From NCBI GenBank assembly GCA_030141605.1, contig JAQGDQ010001389.1, positions 1 to 43,162 on the forward strand: DNA of 43,162 bases, written 5' to 3'. Source of the DNA: Tubiluchus corallicola (lineage: Eukaryota > Animalia > Priapulida). Below the pieces are notes generated by a model, which was given only the letters and a program-made list of their open reading frames with translations, searched no databases and was not told the DNA's origin. Within the stretch, counting starts at the first letter, position 1. Every line of letters starts with the position of its first letter. Both the position numbers and the translations under genes were made by a program. Below are positions 22,690 to 34,486 of the stretch, in pieces.

Positions 22690-24687
22690 TAGGGGTGAGC
22701 ATGGAGCGTTCGAGTTCGAATTCGATTCGAAAGTGTTGTGTTAGTTCATATTCGATTCGAAAGTGTTGTTTTAGTTTATATTCGATTCGAAAGTGTTGTG
22801 TTAGTTCATATTTGATTCGAAAGTGTTGTGTTAGTTCATATTCGATTCGAAAGTGTTGTTTTAGTTCAAATTCGATTCGAAAGTGTTGTTTTAGTTCAAA
22901 TTCGATTTGAAAGTGTTGTCTTAGTTCATATTCGATTCGAAAGTGTTGTTTTAGTTTATATTCGATTCGAAAGTGTTGTGTTAGTTCATATTTGATTCGA
23001 AAGTGTTGTGTTAGTTCATATTCGATTCGAAAGTGTTGTTTTAGTTTATATTCGATTCGAAAGTGTTGTGTTAGTTCATATTTGATTCGAAAGTGTTGTG
23101 TTAGTTCATATTCGATTCGAAAGTGTTGTTTTAGTTTATATTCGATTCGAAAGTGTTGTGTTAGTTCATATTTGATTCGAAAGTGTTGTGTTAGTTCATA
23201 TTCGATTCGAAAGTGTTGTTTTAGTTCATATTCGATTCGAAAGTGTTGTGTTAGTTCATATTCGATTCGAAAGTGTTGTGTTAGTTCATATTCGATTCGA
23301 AAGTGTTGTTTTAGTTCATATTCGATTCGAAAGTGTTGTGTTAGTTCATATTCGATTCGAAAGTGTTGTGTTAGTTCATATTCGATTCGAAAGTGTTGTT
23401 TTAGTTCATATTCGATTCGAAAGTGTTGTTTTAGTTCAAATTTGATTCGAAAGTGTTGTTTTAGTTCAAATTCGATTCGAAAGTGTTGTTTTAGTTTATA
23501 TTCGATTCGAAAGTGTTGTGTTAGTTCATATTTGATTCGAAAGTGTTGTGTTAGTTCATATTTGATTCGAAAGTGTTGTGTTAGTTCATATTCGATTCGA
23601 AAGTGTTGTGTTAGTTCATATTCGGTTCGAAAGTGTTGTGTTAGGTTGAAATTCGATTCGAAAGTGTTGTTTTAGTTCATATTCGATTCGAAAGTGTTGT
23701 GTTAGTTCATATTCGATTCGAAAGTGTTGTTTTAGTTCATATTCGATTTGAAAGTGTTGTTTTAGTTCATATTCGATTCGAAAGTGTTGTTTTAGTTCAT
23801 ATTCGATTCGAAAGTGTTGTTTTAGTTCAAATTCGATTCGAGTGTTGTTTTAGTTCATATTCGATTCGAAAGTGTTGTTTTAGTTCATGTTCGAATCGAA
23901 GGTGTTGTTTTAGTTCATATTCGATTCGAAGGTGTTGTTTTAGTTTATGTTCGATTTGAAAGTGTTGTTTTAGTTCATATTCGATTCGAAAGTGTTGTTT
24001 TAGTTCATATTCGATTCGAAAGTGTTGTGTTAGTTCATATTCGATTCGAAAGTGTTGTTTTAGTTCATATTCGATTCGAAAGTGTTGTGTTAGTTCATAT
24101 TCGATTCGAAAGTGTTGTTTTAGTTCATATTCGATTCGAAAGTGTTGTTTTAGTTCATATTCGATTCGAAAGTGTTGTGTTAGTTCATATTCGATTCGAA
24201 AGTGTTGTTTTAGTTCATATTCGATTCGAAAGTGTTGTGTTAGTTCATATTCGATTCGAAAGTGTTGTGTTAGTTCATATTCGATTCGAAAGTGTTGTGT
24301 TAGTTCATATTCGATTCGAAAGTGTTGTGTTAGTTCATATTCGATTCGAAAGTGTTGTGTTAGTTCATATTCGATTCGAAAGTGTTGTTTTAGTTCATAT
24401 TCGATTGAAAGTGTTGTTTAGTTCAATTCGATTGAAAGTGTTGTTTTAGTTCATATTCGATTCGAAAGTGTTGTGTTAGTTCATATTCGATTCGAAAGTG
24501 TTGTGTTAGTTCATATTCGATTCGAAAGTGTTGTGTTAGTTCATATTCGATTCGAAAGTGTTGTGTTAGTTCATATTCGATTCGAAAGTGTTGTGTTAGT
24601 TCATATTCGATTCGAAAGTGTTGTGTTAGTTCATATTCGATTCGAAAGTGTTGTTTTAGTTCATATTCGATTCGAAAGTGTTGTTTA
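22690..24687. repeat. hAT MITE end followed by a 30-bp satellite (~66 copies)
   Basis: TAGGGGTGAGCAT TIR, then unit TTCGATTCGAAAGTGTTGT(G/T)TTAGTTCATA. Confidence 0.95.
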
Positions 24688-25032
24688 AGCCTCCATCAGC
24701 ACAAATATGAGCTTGACTCTTATGTTTTCTGGAACTAGCCTAGATGATATTGAAATCCTGGTTTAAACAATGGACATGTGGTTACTAGTGCTTACCACAT
24801 AAATACAAACCCAGCCGTATTCACAAAATTCTGTCACACATGTGAAGCAGGACATGCATCCCAAAGTTTCTGGTTCAAATCCAGATTCAGCATAATTTTT
24901 TGTTTCTGATTTTCATGCTTTTGCTTCAAAAAGTCTGTTAAAAATGTGCGTTAATCTTTAAACATAACCAGAAACATTATAATTAAGATTATAAAATGTA
25001 AATATATTTAAATCAAATTGAATTAAGCTCAC

Positions 25033-25146
25033 CTGTTCGTCCAGGTGTGCATTTATTTGCGAAAGTTTGTAATTTAGCTCCACCCTGTACCTGGCTTCAG
25101 CCTCCATTCGCAGCCTCTCAACAGCACCTTTATCTAGATAATGCAT
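25033..25146 (-). CDS. ANKRD26-like gene exon (MHYLDKGAVERLRMEAEARYRVELNYKLSQINAHLDEQ)
   Basis: TAG and GTGAG sites; 114 nt; phase 0-0; resembles ANKRD26 EERARQEI.EKLKEVNLFLQ.Q. Confidence 0.85.
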
Positions 25147-25311
25147 CTATAAAAATGCACGACTTTATGAATTAGTCTAAATATTTCTACACTCATATCT
25201 AGGTGAACTGTAAAGAAAGTTTTGTTGAACTGAACTGAAACTGAAGATTTGTCTGGTGGAAACCACAATCAACGGGAGATGTGCAACATTTTAACAGCAT
25301 AATTTCAGTTT

Positions 25312-25910
25312 TTGGTGGTGTTGGTGTTGGCGGTGCTGTTGTTGTTGGTGTTGTTGTTAGTGTTGGTAGTTTTGTTGGCGTTTGTGTTGTTGTTGGTGGT
25401 GGAGGTGGTGTTGTTGTTAGTGGCAGTGTTGGTGGTGTTGGTGTTGTTGTTGGTGGTGGAGGTGGTGTATTGTTGGTGGGGGTGTTGTTGGTGTTGGTAG
25501 TGTTGTTGGTGGTGGTGTTGTTGTTCGTGATGGTGGAGATGGTGTTGTTGGTGGTGGTGTTGTTGGTGGTGGTGGTGGAGATGGTGTTGTTGGTGTTGGT
25601 AGTGTTGGTGGTGTTGTTGTTGTTGGTGTTGGTAGTGTTGGTGGTGGTGGTGTTGTTGGTGGTGGAGATGGTGTTGTTGGTGTTGTTGTTGGTGGTGGTG
25701 GTGAAGATGGTGTTGTTGGTGGTGGTGTTGTTGTTCGTGATGGTGGAGATGGTGTTGTTGGTGGTGGTGTTGTTGTTGGTGTTGGTGGTGTTGTTGGTGG
25801 TGGTGGTGGAGATGGTGTTGTTGGTGTTGTTGGTAGTGTTGTTGGTGGTGGTGGTGGAGATGGTGTTGTTGGTGGTGTTGTTGTTGTTGGTGGTGTTGGA
25901 GGTGGTGGTG
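25312..25910. repeat. (GGT/GTT)n low-complexity tract
   Basis: Directly visible trinucleotide mosaic. Confidence 0.95.
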
Positions 25911-26024
25911 ATTGTTTATTTTAGTGACACATTTTCATTTACATCAGCAATTATAATTTGGACTATAAACATGATTATATTTTGCGTAGAGACACAAATG
26001 TGACAAAGTGTGATACTTTCTCAC

Positions 26025-26125
26025 CTTCACATGGTCCTTGTAGTGCACAAACTCTTCCTCCAACTTAGAGTTAGTCATGCGAAGTCTCTCACACGTTTTC
26101 TCTAGTGCCTTCATTCTTTCCATAT
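26025..26125 (-). CDS. ANKRD26-like gene exon (DMERMKALEKTCERLRMTNSKLEEEFVHYKDHVK)
   Basis: CAG and GTGAG sites; 101 nt; phase 1 to 0. Confidence 0.85.
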
Positions 26126-26214
26126 CTGTCAACACACTTGAATATCATTCAGTCATCTGAATGTACGACATGACTAACTTTACACTTACTGAATAGCTTT
26201 CAACTCCTTCAGGA

Positions 26215-26935
26215 TTAGACAATCATGCTAGACAATACTGCTAGACAATACTGCTAGACAATCATGCTAGGCAATACTGCTAGACAATCATGCTAGGCAA
26301 TACTGCTAGTCCACCGTGCTAGACAATACTGTCTGGACAATCGTTCAAGACAATACTGCTAGACAATCATGCTAGACTATCGTGCTAGGCAATAGTGCTA
26401 CACAAGACTGTCTAGACAAAACTGCTAGACAATCATGCTAGACAATACTGTCCGGACAATCATGCTAGACAATGATGCTACACAACACTGTCTAGACAAA
26501 ACTGCTAGATAATAGTCATAGACAATACTGTCTAGACAATCGTGCAAAACAATACTGTCTAGACAATACTGCTAGACAATACTGCTAGACAATACATACT
26601 GCTAGTCCATCATGCTAGACAATACTGCTGGGCCATCGTGCTAGACAATACTGTCTGGACAATCGTGCAAGACAATCATGCTAGACAATACATACTGCTA
26701 GTCCATCATGCTAGACAATACTGCTAGACAATACTGTCTAGACAATACTGCTAGACAATCGTGCAAGACAATACTGCTAGGCAATCATGCTAGACAAGAC
26801 TGCTAGACAATCATGCTAGACCATCATGCTAGACAATACTGTCTAGACAATCATGTTAGACAATACTGTCTAGACAATCATGCCAGACAATACTGCTAGT
26901 CCATCGTGCTAGACAATACTGCCAGACAATCATGT
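26215..26935. repeat. 13-14-bp variant minisatellite (CTAGACAATACTG / CTAGACAATCATG)
   Basis: Directly visible. Confidence 0.95.
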
Positions 26936-27125
26936 GACAAGAATATATTTTAATAATTACATTTGAGGCAATTTGATCAGTCAACCTTGACAAAAGAGCT
27001 GCATAAATACGAGCGAACTAAAGCGTAAAAGAAGTTGGTGGAAAGGGGTTAACTATGTGTTGGGGGGGACGATTGCTCCCCGTATTAGCTATGCCACTGT
27101 TTTTAACGAGAGAACCATAACTTAC

Positions 27126-27330
27126 CCTGATGAGCCTCGTGGTACCGCCCCTCCATCTTCAAGCGCTTCTTCTGTTCCTTCTCCAAATCAGACCTAACAG
27201 CTTTCAGCTCATCTTTTAACTTGTCCGATTCCTCGGCTAGCCTATCTCTCTCTCTCTCGTACTCGAGAGGAGCGCCTCCGAGAAGAGAGTCCTGGTTTCT
27301 TTCCTGGCTCGCGTAACGACTGGCTTCTCG
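27126..27330 (-). CDS. ANKRD26-like gene exon (REASRYASQERNQD...ERDRLAEESDKLKDELKAVRSDLEKEQKKRLKMEGRYHEAHQ)
   Basis: CAG and GTAAGT sites; 205 nt; phase 0 to 1; coiled-coil composition. Confidence 0.85.
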
Positions 27331-27903
27331 CTGAAAGCAAACAAATCAGACCTCTCTTAATTACGGTACAGACAAATAGAAAAACACAAAACTTACTAAA
27401 TACACTTGAGTCCCAGACCCCTTACGAGTCTCAATCTTCAAAACTAAAATAAAATGACGAAACAGTCTTGCAGCTTCCGCTAAGACGTAAATTAAATAAT
27501 TTGTTATAAATAATATTCTCACAAGTTCTTAGTCACAGCTTGCTATGTAAAGGATTCATACAAGAAAGGAGTCACATGGTGTGCTTGGCTACTAAGTTAA
27601 GAGGTGTCAGACCACGTTAGTGAGTGGACTGGTGACAATTCTAGACAACGTATCTGCCATATTTTCTTGAATAGAGAATATGTATCATAGCAACCCTTAC
27701 GTTGAGTACTGAATTTCTGTTTGCAGTGCATAGCATGAGTGACGGTAAATAAATCATGTCTTTGATGATTAACCTTTCTTTGTGGATTATTTGAATCAGT
27801 TTGCTTGTCAATTGTTCCAATCTACATATTTTATCGCATGAAACACAGAATGTAGTTTTGTTTTGCCTGCAACGTCACATTTTCTTCTTTTTTTCATTTT
27901 TAG

Positions 27904-27980
27904 GGCTGCAATTTCGTGGTGGGCGTGTCTTCAGATGAAACTTATTCAAGTTGGGACCAATCTGAGAGTGTATTGGGGAG
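27904..27980 (+). pseudogene. Orphan exon-like segment of a GT2 (TIGR04283-like) glycosyltransferase (AAISWWACLQMKLIQVGTNLRVYWG)
   Basis: Long polypyrimidine tract plus TAG, and a GT donor; resembles the L.LIE.G.NLR segment that precedes PYGDQG in this family (from recall). Confidence 0.45.
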
Positions 27981-28634
27981 GTGTGACTTTTTGTGATTGT
28001 TTATTTTATTTACTTGTGTCCTTATTAACTATATGTGCAGCTTGCAAACCAAAACCGTCTATAAGTCGGCATAGTTAAAACTACGTTATGATGTTTCAAA
28101 GTAGAATGCACCAAAATTTTGGTCAAATGTCAATTTTTTATTTTTTATAAAAGCAAATGCTAAATATATTGGACTCTTCTTATATTCTAGCATCAAATTA
28201 CCAAGAAAATGTCCAAAAATACTAAAAATTTAATTTTATAACCCCATGCCCATTTCTCCGTTTAGAAACTAGTCCTGCAATTGTAAAAAAACTTGTATTT
28301 TTAAACTCTGATTGTAGCTCGTGGAAGCAGTCATTATGCTTTGGTTTTTTCTGTTAACAAGCCCAAATCTTTGTCAGGAAGAGCCGCTTACTGGATTTAA
28401 ACATAGCTTGAATATGTTTTTGCAAAGTCCATAGCAACCATACTTTCATACGGTTGCTAAGCGTTTTGTAGAAATGCGACAAAAAACAATGGCTGACTTT
28501 AACAGTGATTTTCTCAAGATTATGTTTCTCAGTGTATAGCCTGCACCTCAACTTCAACGTGGATTATCTTAGCTTAGAAATAACATAGAATGATGAACTT
28601 GGTATCAAAATGATCCTTACGAAATTGAGATTCA

Positions 28635-28776
28635 GGATAAGTCAAAGGTAAAAAACTCACAGGTAATGAAGTCAAAGGTAAAAAAGTCACAGGTAATGAT
28701 GTCATTGGTAAAGAGTCACAGGTAATGAAGTCACAGGTAAAAAAGTCACAATTAAAAAAGTAACAGGTAAAAAAGG
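28635..28776. repeat. ~15-bp AGGTAAAAAAGTCAC array, followed by a (CTA/CTG/CGA)n microsatellite to ~28856
   Basis: Directly visible; probably a TE subterminal array. Confidence 0.7.
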
Positions 28777-28895
28777 TACTACTACTGTTGCTGCTGCTGC
28801 TACTACGACTACTACTGCAACTACTGCTACTGCTATTACGATTACGACTACGACTAATTTCAGAAGCAGTTTCTAGAATTGTTCCATTTCTACAG

Positions 28896-29021
28896 GTAGA
28901 GGAGTCGCACAGAACGTTGGTGCATCTCACAGCTCATCAGATTACATCTTATTCCTGCATGCCGGATCCAGACTTCCTCGACATTTTGACTTCCACGCGC
29001 TGAACTGTCTTTCAGTTCCCG
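28896..29021 (+). pseudogene. Orphan exon of a GT2 (TIGR04283/cd02522-like) glycosyltransferase (GRGVAQNVGASHSSSDYILFLHAGSRLPRHFDFHALNCLSVPG)
   Basis: TTTCTACAG acceptor and GTAATG donor; 126 nt; phase 1-1; matches the GR..Q.N.GA....D.LLFLHAD..LP motif, with HAD changed to HAG. Confidence 0.7.
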
Positions 29022-29110
29022 GTAATGTCCTTCCTGTTTGCAGCTGACATTTCTGTGTTATGACTTTTCTGTGTTTGGGGTAAGGGAAATGACTAAGTGG
29101 TTTCACTGTG

Positions 29111-29550
29111 CAAGTCAGCCAAAAGTTAGCCAAAGTCAGCCAGAAGTTAGCCAAAGTCAGCCAAAAGTTAGCCAAAGTCAGCCAAAAGTTAGCCAAAGTC
29201 AGCCAAAAGTTAGCCAAAGTCAGCCAAAAGTTAGCCAAAGTCAGCCAAAAGTTAGCCAAAGTCAGCCAGAAGTTAGCCAAAGTCAGCCAGAAGTTAGCCA
29301 AAATCAGCCAAAAGTTAACCAAAATCAGCCAAAAGTTAGCCAAAGTCAGCCAAAAGTTAACCAAAGTCAGCCAAAAGTTAGCCAAAATCAGCCAGAAGTT
29401 AGCCAAGGTCAGTGAAAAGTTAGCCAAAGTCAGCCAAAAGTTAGCCAAAGTCAGTCAAAAGTTAGCCAAAGTCAGCCAAAAGTTAGCCAAAGTCAGCCAA
29501 AAGTTAGCCAATGTCAGCCAAAAGTTAGCCAAAGTCAGCCAAAAGTTGCC
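29111..29550. repeat. 21-bp tandem repeat, ~21 copies
   Basis: Unit AAGTCAGCCAAAAGTTAGCCA. Confidence 0.95.
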
Positions 29551-29898
29551 ATGTGAACGCTCAAACCGTTTTGAAAATGGTTTCAAATGGTTTCAGATAG
29601 AAGTAGTGATGCCAAGTATACGTGCCAAGGTTTTGATCACAATGTTACAAGAATAAAATAACAGAATCGCGTGATGTTACGGACGCTTTTGTAAAAACAC
29701 CAAAAATTTTGATCGTTCCATTAGATTTCTTCAAAGATACAGAATTTGAAAGAAAAAGTCCGAAAAAAATAAATGCGAGAAAAAAATTGTGTATTGCTAT
29801 CGCTAAAATTTACAGCAAGTTTTCACCTCTATGTGTCCACCATTTTCACTTCGAACTAGATGAAGACATTTCTTCCAACATCTGACACAATTTCTTAC

Positions 29899-29988
29899 TT
29901 CCTTAAGGTGTGCTGCATCCCCGCACTCAGCAATTTTTACCTTTTGTTCCTTTGCATCAAACGACTCTGTGTGGCCATCGTTCATTTT
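29899..29988 (-). CDS. Candidate cassette exon of the minus-strand gene (KMNDGHTESFDAKEQKVKIAECGDAAHLKE)
   Basis: TTTTCTTGTGCTTTAAACAG acceptor and GTAAGA donor; 90 nt, open, phase 0-0 inside a phase-0 intron. Confidence 0.4.
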
Positions 29989-29996
29989 CTGTTTAA

Positions 29997-30665
29997 AGCA
30001 CAAGAAAACCCTCTACTGACATAAAGCTTAAAAATTCGTCTTGTAATTTTATTCTACTTACATACTGCCTTTTTGCGTGCAGGACTTCAATCGACAGTAA
30101 CGCTGTATAAAACATGTAAATTTAAACTCTCGTGACAACCGTTTGATGCAGCCATTTTGACGATATGTTGTTTAAAACAAGTTTAGATAACACTGTGTAA
30201 AGTTTGAAAAAATAATCAAAGCATTCGTAGCGTACGAATTTAAAATTACTGTATCTTGTCAATAAGATTTAAAATAGGTTTTTGGTTAGTGAGTGGTGCA
30301 CCCTGGAGGGTGAGTGAGCGACATTTTACAAATTTGTGAGAACATTATTATTATTATTTAAAAATTATTAGTCTAGTTACTTAAGTCTTTCCAGCAGGTA
30401 AGTGAAATGCTAAATAATATAGATTTGCATTTGGAAAGATTTTGGACATAATTTAACATTTCCTTTTCTATAACTGATTTACGTTGTGCGAATATGACGT
30501 CACGTAATGGCGTGGTCGGAACAGTGTCGCGGGAGATTTAAAATGAAAACAAACAAAAAATCTTTTCAACGCGAGTACGATATGCGCATAAAATGCTGTA
30601 AAGTAGTATAATTTCTTAACGCGATTTTTTTGAAACCTACTTCAAGGTACCCCTTTTCTTGTCCT
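29997..30665. mobile_element. Kolobok-like MITE, family A, copy 2
   Basis: TTAA-AGCACAAGAAAACC...CTTTTCTTGTCCT-TTGA. Confidence 0.85.
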
Positions 30666-31984
30666 TTGAAGGAATTCCGGATACTGTAGTCCAGAGAGTT
30701 TTTTCAAAACAAATCTTTATCAGTGTTTAATTTTCTACGGTGAAGACCATGATATGAACTGATTCATTTCTTTATTGCTTTGCTACCATGTATTGAGTGA
30801 TTGGTACGTCAGTGAATGTGTCTGTTTTTCAGTTGATGATTAGCTAACATTGTTCCGACACTTTAAATTTTTAACATGCAAAAGTTTTATGGCCACAACC
30901 TATAAGCTGTTAAAACTATAAGCTTGTAACTTTTGCAGCCAATAACTAATGCATTGTAGTATCAGCCTGTGAAATTTCAGCTTTGCAGAGCACTTGCTTC
31001 TATATAATTGTAGTCTAAACGTTGTCACGTTTTTTCTATGCCACCCAGTACATTTGAGTGTGGTAGTCTGTAAGCTTCACAATGGAGTAACAGAATCCCG
31101 CAGATGAACACCACATCAAAGATAAAGACTGACATACTACTTAGTACAGCAACTCAGTACGGGTTTGCTTATTACTGTGGATGGAAATATAAAACACCGC
31201 GTTTCAAGGGGTAGGCCCCCATTTTATGCAAAACTTGTACCTCTTATTTTTAGAGAACGGGAACATGACTGGGGCAGTGTTGGCAACGGTGATTATAATT
31301 CGTGGGACTGCCACGGTTTCCCAGAAAGGGTGTTTTCCCGGACCCACCCATGCAAATTTTCCAGATAACTTCCTTCAAACAGCCTTCAGAAAAAAATTGC
31401 GCAACTGTTTGAGCACATTGGGAAAGAACAAGCACACTTCCGGAAAGGGGAGTAAATAATCTATAAGTCGAGGAAGTTTCGTTACGAGAGATGTCCAGCA
31501 GACGAAACAGGAGGGATATATTTTGCAGTTCTTTTCAACCCCCATTGTTTTTTTTTGGTTTGAGAAATTATGTGGCTGTTACAGGCATTGTCATCACCCA
31601 TTGTTCTACAGTGTTAGAGATTATATGTGCAAGTTGCATCTGTCAGTCTATTATCGTATAAGAAGCAGTAAGCAAGAGTATTCTAGGGGGTGAGGGTGGG
31701 GTGGGGGGCGGTGGTTGTTTAATAACGTTTGTCATAGCATATAAATTTTCAATTTTACACAGAATGTTTTGCGTAGGTTTTCAATGCTCTTGTGTAGTTG
31801 GTGTTGTAGGTGTCGTCATCGTAGTCATCATCATCATCATCATCATCACCATGTGAGGTGGTGGATTTGACGTGATGTGATGTGGTATGGTGTAGTGGCT
31901 GTGGTGAGTTGTGCTGTGAATGGTGTGGCATGGTGGGTGTGGCGTGATGTGATTGGTGTCATAGGGTGGGCATGGATTGGTGTG

Positions 31985-32541
31985 GGTGGTGTGGTGTGGG
32001 TTGCATGTTGTAGGTGATGTAGTACGGGTGTTGTAGTGTAGTGTAATGTAGATTAAGTGATGTGGTCTGACGTAAGTGGTGTAGTGTGGCTTGCATGTTG
32101 TAGGTGATGTAGTACGGGTGTTGTAGTGTAGTGTGATGTAGATTAAGTGATGTGGTCTGATGTAAGTGGTGTAGTGTGGCTTGCATGTTGTAGGTGATGT
32201 AGTACGGGTGTTGTAGTGTAGTGTGATGTAGATTGAGTGATGTGGTCTGATGTAAGTGGTGTAGTGTGGCTTGCATGTTGTAGGTGATGTAGTACGGGTG
32301 TTGTAGTGTAGTGTGATGTAGATTAAGTGATGTGGTCTGACGTAAGTGGTGTGGTGTGGGTTGCATGTTGTAGGTGATGTAGTACGGGTGTTGTAGTGTA
32401 GTGTGATGTAGATTAAGTGATGTGGTCTGACGTAAGTGGTGTAGTGTGGCTTGCATGTTGTAGGTGATGTAGTACGGGTGTTGTAGTGTAGTGTGATGTA
32501 GATTAAGTGATGTGGTCTGATGTAAGTGGTGTAGTGTGGGT
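31985..32541. repeat. 90-bp GT-rich tandem repeat, ~6 copies, preceded by GT-rich low complexity from ~31790
   Basis: TTGCATGTTG recurs every 90 bp from 32001. Confidence 0.95.
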
Positions 32542-33077
32542 TTATGCACAAATGTTTTGGCTAGTTATTAACAATTTTAGCAAGTAAACTCTTATGAGCT
32601 AATCTAGTTCTTATAACAAAAGCCAAACTCTAATGAAATAGCATAAAATACCGTCAAATAATTATCTTACGTGACTCATTTCTGTAGAATTTCACACTAT
32701 AACATTTTTGTTTGGTTTGATCATAAGAACTACAAATTTTAGTCAACTATGTTAATAAGTTAAGAAAAAAACACAATTTATATACCACTGGCAATACCTT
32801 TCTTAATCAACGAATTGATAAGCAACGATTTATGCAAATTAAACATCAATATTAGTAAGTATTTATAACGTAATTTTAAGGTGAACAGCAGAAACTCACA
32901 AAACTGCAGAGCAAAACCAGATTTTGACATTGCAAGCAAAGCAAAGAGAACCACATTGATTGCCAAAGGTTGAGTACACTACTCAGCGTCACTGAGTAAG
33001 CTGTCACTAGGTGACACGAGTAACAATCTTTGCCAGTCAACGTGTTACTAGTGTCAATATTTACAAACACATGCAGA

Positions 33078-33865
33078 TGAATCATTGCCGGTAAACTGTG
33101 GCACAATGTCTACAAATTACTGCTGAAACACAATGAATGATTGCCAGTAAACTGTGGCACAATGTCTACAAATTACTGCTGAAACACAATGAATGATTGC
33201 CAGCAAACTGTGGCACAACGTCTACAAATTACTGATGAAACACAATGAATGATTGCCAGCAAACTGTGGCACAACGTCTACAAATTACTGCTGAAACACA
33301 ATGAATGATTGCCAGCAAACTGTGGCACAACGTCTACAAATTACTGCTGAAACACAATGAATGATTGCCAGCAAACTGTGGCACAACGTCTACAAATTAC
33401 TGCTGAAACACAATGAATGATTGCCAGCAAACTGTGGCACAATGTCTACAAATTACTGCTGAAACACAATGAATGATTGCCAGTAAACTGTGGCACAATG
33501 TCTACAAATTACTGCTGAAACACAATGAATGATTGCCAGCAAACTGTGGCACAACGTCTACAAATTACTGCTGAAACACAATGAATGATTGCCAGCAAAC
33601 TGTGGCACAATGTCTACAAATTACTGCTGAAACACAATGAATGATTGCCAGTAAACTGTGGCACAACGTCTACAAATTACAACTGAAACACAACGAATGA
33701 TTGCCAGTAAACTGTGGCACAACATCTACAAATTACAGCTGAAACACAATGAATGATTGCCAGTAAACTGTGGCACAACGTCTACAAATTACTGCTGAAA
33801 CACAATGAATGATTGCCAGCAAACTGTGGCACAACGTCTACAAATTACTGCTGAAACTCAATGAA
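33078..33865. repeat. 56-bp tandem repeat, ~14 copies
   Basis: Unit AAACTGTGGCACAACGTCTACAAATTACTGCTGAAACACAATGAATGATTGCCAGC. Confidence 0.95.
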
Positions 33866-33869
33866 CGCA

Positions 33870-34029
33870 ATTAATGCCACATTGGAAACGCTTAAAACTG
33901 AAGACATTGGTCACGGTTTCCATGTCAAGTGGCTTCAATTTTAGTAATATAGTAATAGTAATTTTATTTTCCTCCATTGAAACCGTGACCAATGTCTTCA
34001 GTTTTAAGCATTTCCAATGTGGCATTAAT
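33870..34029. repeat. Inverted repeat with ~54-bp arms and a ~50-bp spacer
   Basis: ATTAATGCCACATTGGAAA...GTCACGGTTTC versus GAAACCGTGAC...TTTCCAATGTGGCATTAAT. Confidence 0.85.
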
Positions 34030-34486
34030 TTAGAGGTGAATGGTCGAATGGTTACTATGTGTCCTTAGCAAATGAAGTTGAACAATGCTGGGAGAGGTCA
34101 GTAAATGAAGGGGTGACCATTTGTTTAGTCTATACTCGTTTTGCACTGTTTCATTTGCCAAACTGTCTAAGGATGTTTATTTTTTTGAGAATGTGTTTAC
34201 ATTGAAATGTAGCTAAGACCCGACTGCCCGTACAATGTCTTGTCTTGTAAAATTATTCTTGACGTTGAACTACATTTTGGTACTGCCACAAGGGGGATCT
34301 TGTGAATCAAGAGGGCCCTGCCTTCGTGCAAGATCCCGGTTTGCAAAGTGCTAAAAATGCTAAAAATGCTATGAGTCACACGGCAAGAAACAACAGTTCC
34401 AACAAAGGCAAAATCCACCCAAGCAAACATGAACACCACTAAACAACTACGCAGGTAAACCGTTTTGCAAATAATCACATCCTCAC

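Noticed and set aside
22665-24688. ORFs of repeated IRKCCVSSYS / VHIRFESVVL
   Set aside because: Translations of a 30-bp satellite; no independent coding evidence.
25281-26003. 240-aa poly-Val/Leu ORF
   Set aside because: GGT/GTT low-complexity tract with a non-ATG start.
28942-29656. Heptad-like ORF (KVSQKLA)n
   Set aside because: A 21-bp minisatellite open in several frames on both strands.
31781-32551. His/Thr-rich repeat ORFs (likewise the Cys/Tyr-rich repeat ORFs at 38355-39042)
   Set aside because: Products of the 90-bp and 33-bp tandem repeats.
33884-33925. Hammerhead ribozyme (CTGAAGA and GAAAC motifs)
   Set aside because: Motif order and stems do not fit the hammerhead core.
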